DNA of 55,441 nt, taken from Parcubacteria group bacterium Gr01-1014_2 (GTDB lineage: Bacteria; Patescibacteriota; Minisyncoccia; 2-02-FULL-40-12). Location of the stretch: positions 1-55,441 of the forward strand of contig VMGG01000004.1 of NCBI GenBank assembly GCA_007376425.1, read 5' to 3'. Shown here in pieces: positions 55,096-55,441 of this stretch (positions are counted from its first letter, which is position 1; each line of letters starts with the position of its first letter). The position numbers were made by a program, and so were the translations under genes. The notes under the pieces were generated by a model. That model was not told the DNA's origin. It did not search any database and saw only the letters and a program-made list of their open reading frames with translations.

Positions 55096-55124
55096 ACTAT
55101 ACACCTATCAGTATGATTTGTCAA
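55096..55124 (-). promoter_or_regulatory. sigma70 promoter TTGACA-17-TATAGT (minus strand) for the two-gene cassette
   Basis: Minus strand reads ttgaca aatcatactgataggtg tatagt. A second TTGACA lies 11 nt upstream. Confidence 0.6.
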
Positions 55125-55247
55125 GTTTTTGTCAAAAACCAACAAAAAAGCCCTATTTTAGGCCATTTTATGAGGATATTAAAATTTTATTTTTTTCCTA
55201 TGGTTCGAGCCGATATTTTTATTAGGTTCTTTGGCAGTTTTTTGATT

Positions 55248-55346
55248 CAGAATTGCGATTCAGATTTTCCAATCAATTTTTCAGAGTTTTGGCCATCGCC
55301 GCCGTAGGCGGCGAAATGGGTTCGGACTATCTTCAAGATACACAGC
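55248..55346 (+). repeat. inverted repeat R, copy c (pairs with 54174-54272)
   Basis: cagaattgcgattcagattttccaatcaatttttcagagttttggccatcgccgccgtaggcggcgaaatgggttcggactatcttcaagatacacagc. Confidence 0.8.
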
Positions 55347-55441
55347 CACCGAGGATTTGTCAAAGAGTTGGAAGCCGCCTCGCTTCGCTCGGCGATTAAA
55401 TCATAAGGAGAATTGGGCTTAAAAATCAGTTGGCGATTCTG

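Overview
The window is an AT-rich, gene-dense bacterial chromosome segment. Short housekeeping proteins, truncated or split essential genes, and almost no Shine-Dalgarno (SD) sequences suggest a reduced-genome, CPR/Patescibacteria-like organism; this is inference only.

The backbone is ordinary:
- Metabolism, secretion and proteolysis: fba (partial), secD, lon, a presenilin-like GxGD protease, an amino-acid permease.
- Translation and tRNA: mnmA, an N-terminal-only alaS, gltX, cysS, def-fmt-efp, tRNA-Glu(CUC).
- Ribosomal block: infA-rpmJ-rpsM-rpsK-rpsD-rpoA-rplQ-rplM-rpsI, plus rplI, rpmA and rplU elsewhere.
- Envelope: mreB, a GT4 glycosyltransferase, ctpA, an M23 peptidase, murB-murA.
- Other: xerC/D-like recombinase, type II NADH dehydrogenase, NRAMP transporter, dnaB.

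Three layers sit on top of this backbone and are not ordinary:
1. Several families of about 180-bp MITE-like interspersed repeats (called A, B and D here, plus solo-end fragments). They are nested in each other. One copy is inserted in-frame in the glycosyltransferase. Others abut a 3'-truncated def and the 5' end of rplI.
2. At least eight visibly GC-richer small cassettes with strong SD sites, and often their own promoter and terminator. Most are bracketed by those repeats. They include a MOSC protein, a 4xHTH protein, small membrane proteins and an ORF with an in-frame TGA.
3. At the right end, a large serine recombinase whose gene is bracketed by about 160-bp inverted repeats that encode its own C-terminal tail. 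Next to it, a two-gene GC-rich operon is bracketed by a second inverted-repeat pair sharing the middle copy. This may be a double invertible or mobile module.

Heptanucleotide-periodic repeats also occur both in intergenic palindromes and in-frame inside essential genes.

All coordinates were hand-indexed; repeat ends are good to about +/-5 bp. No database search or numeric computation was possible.
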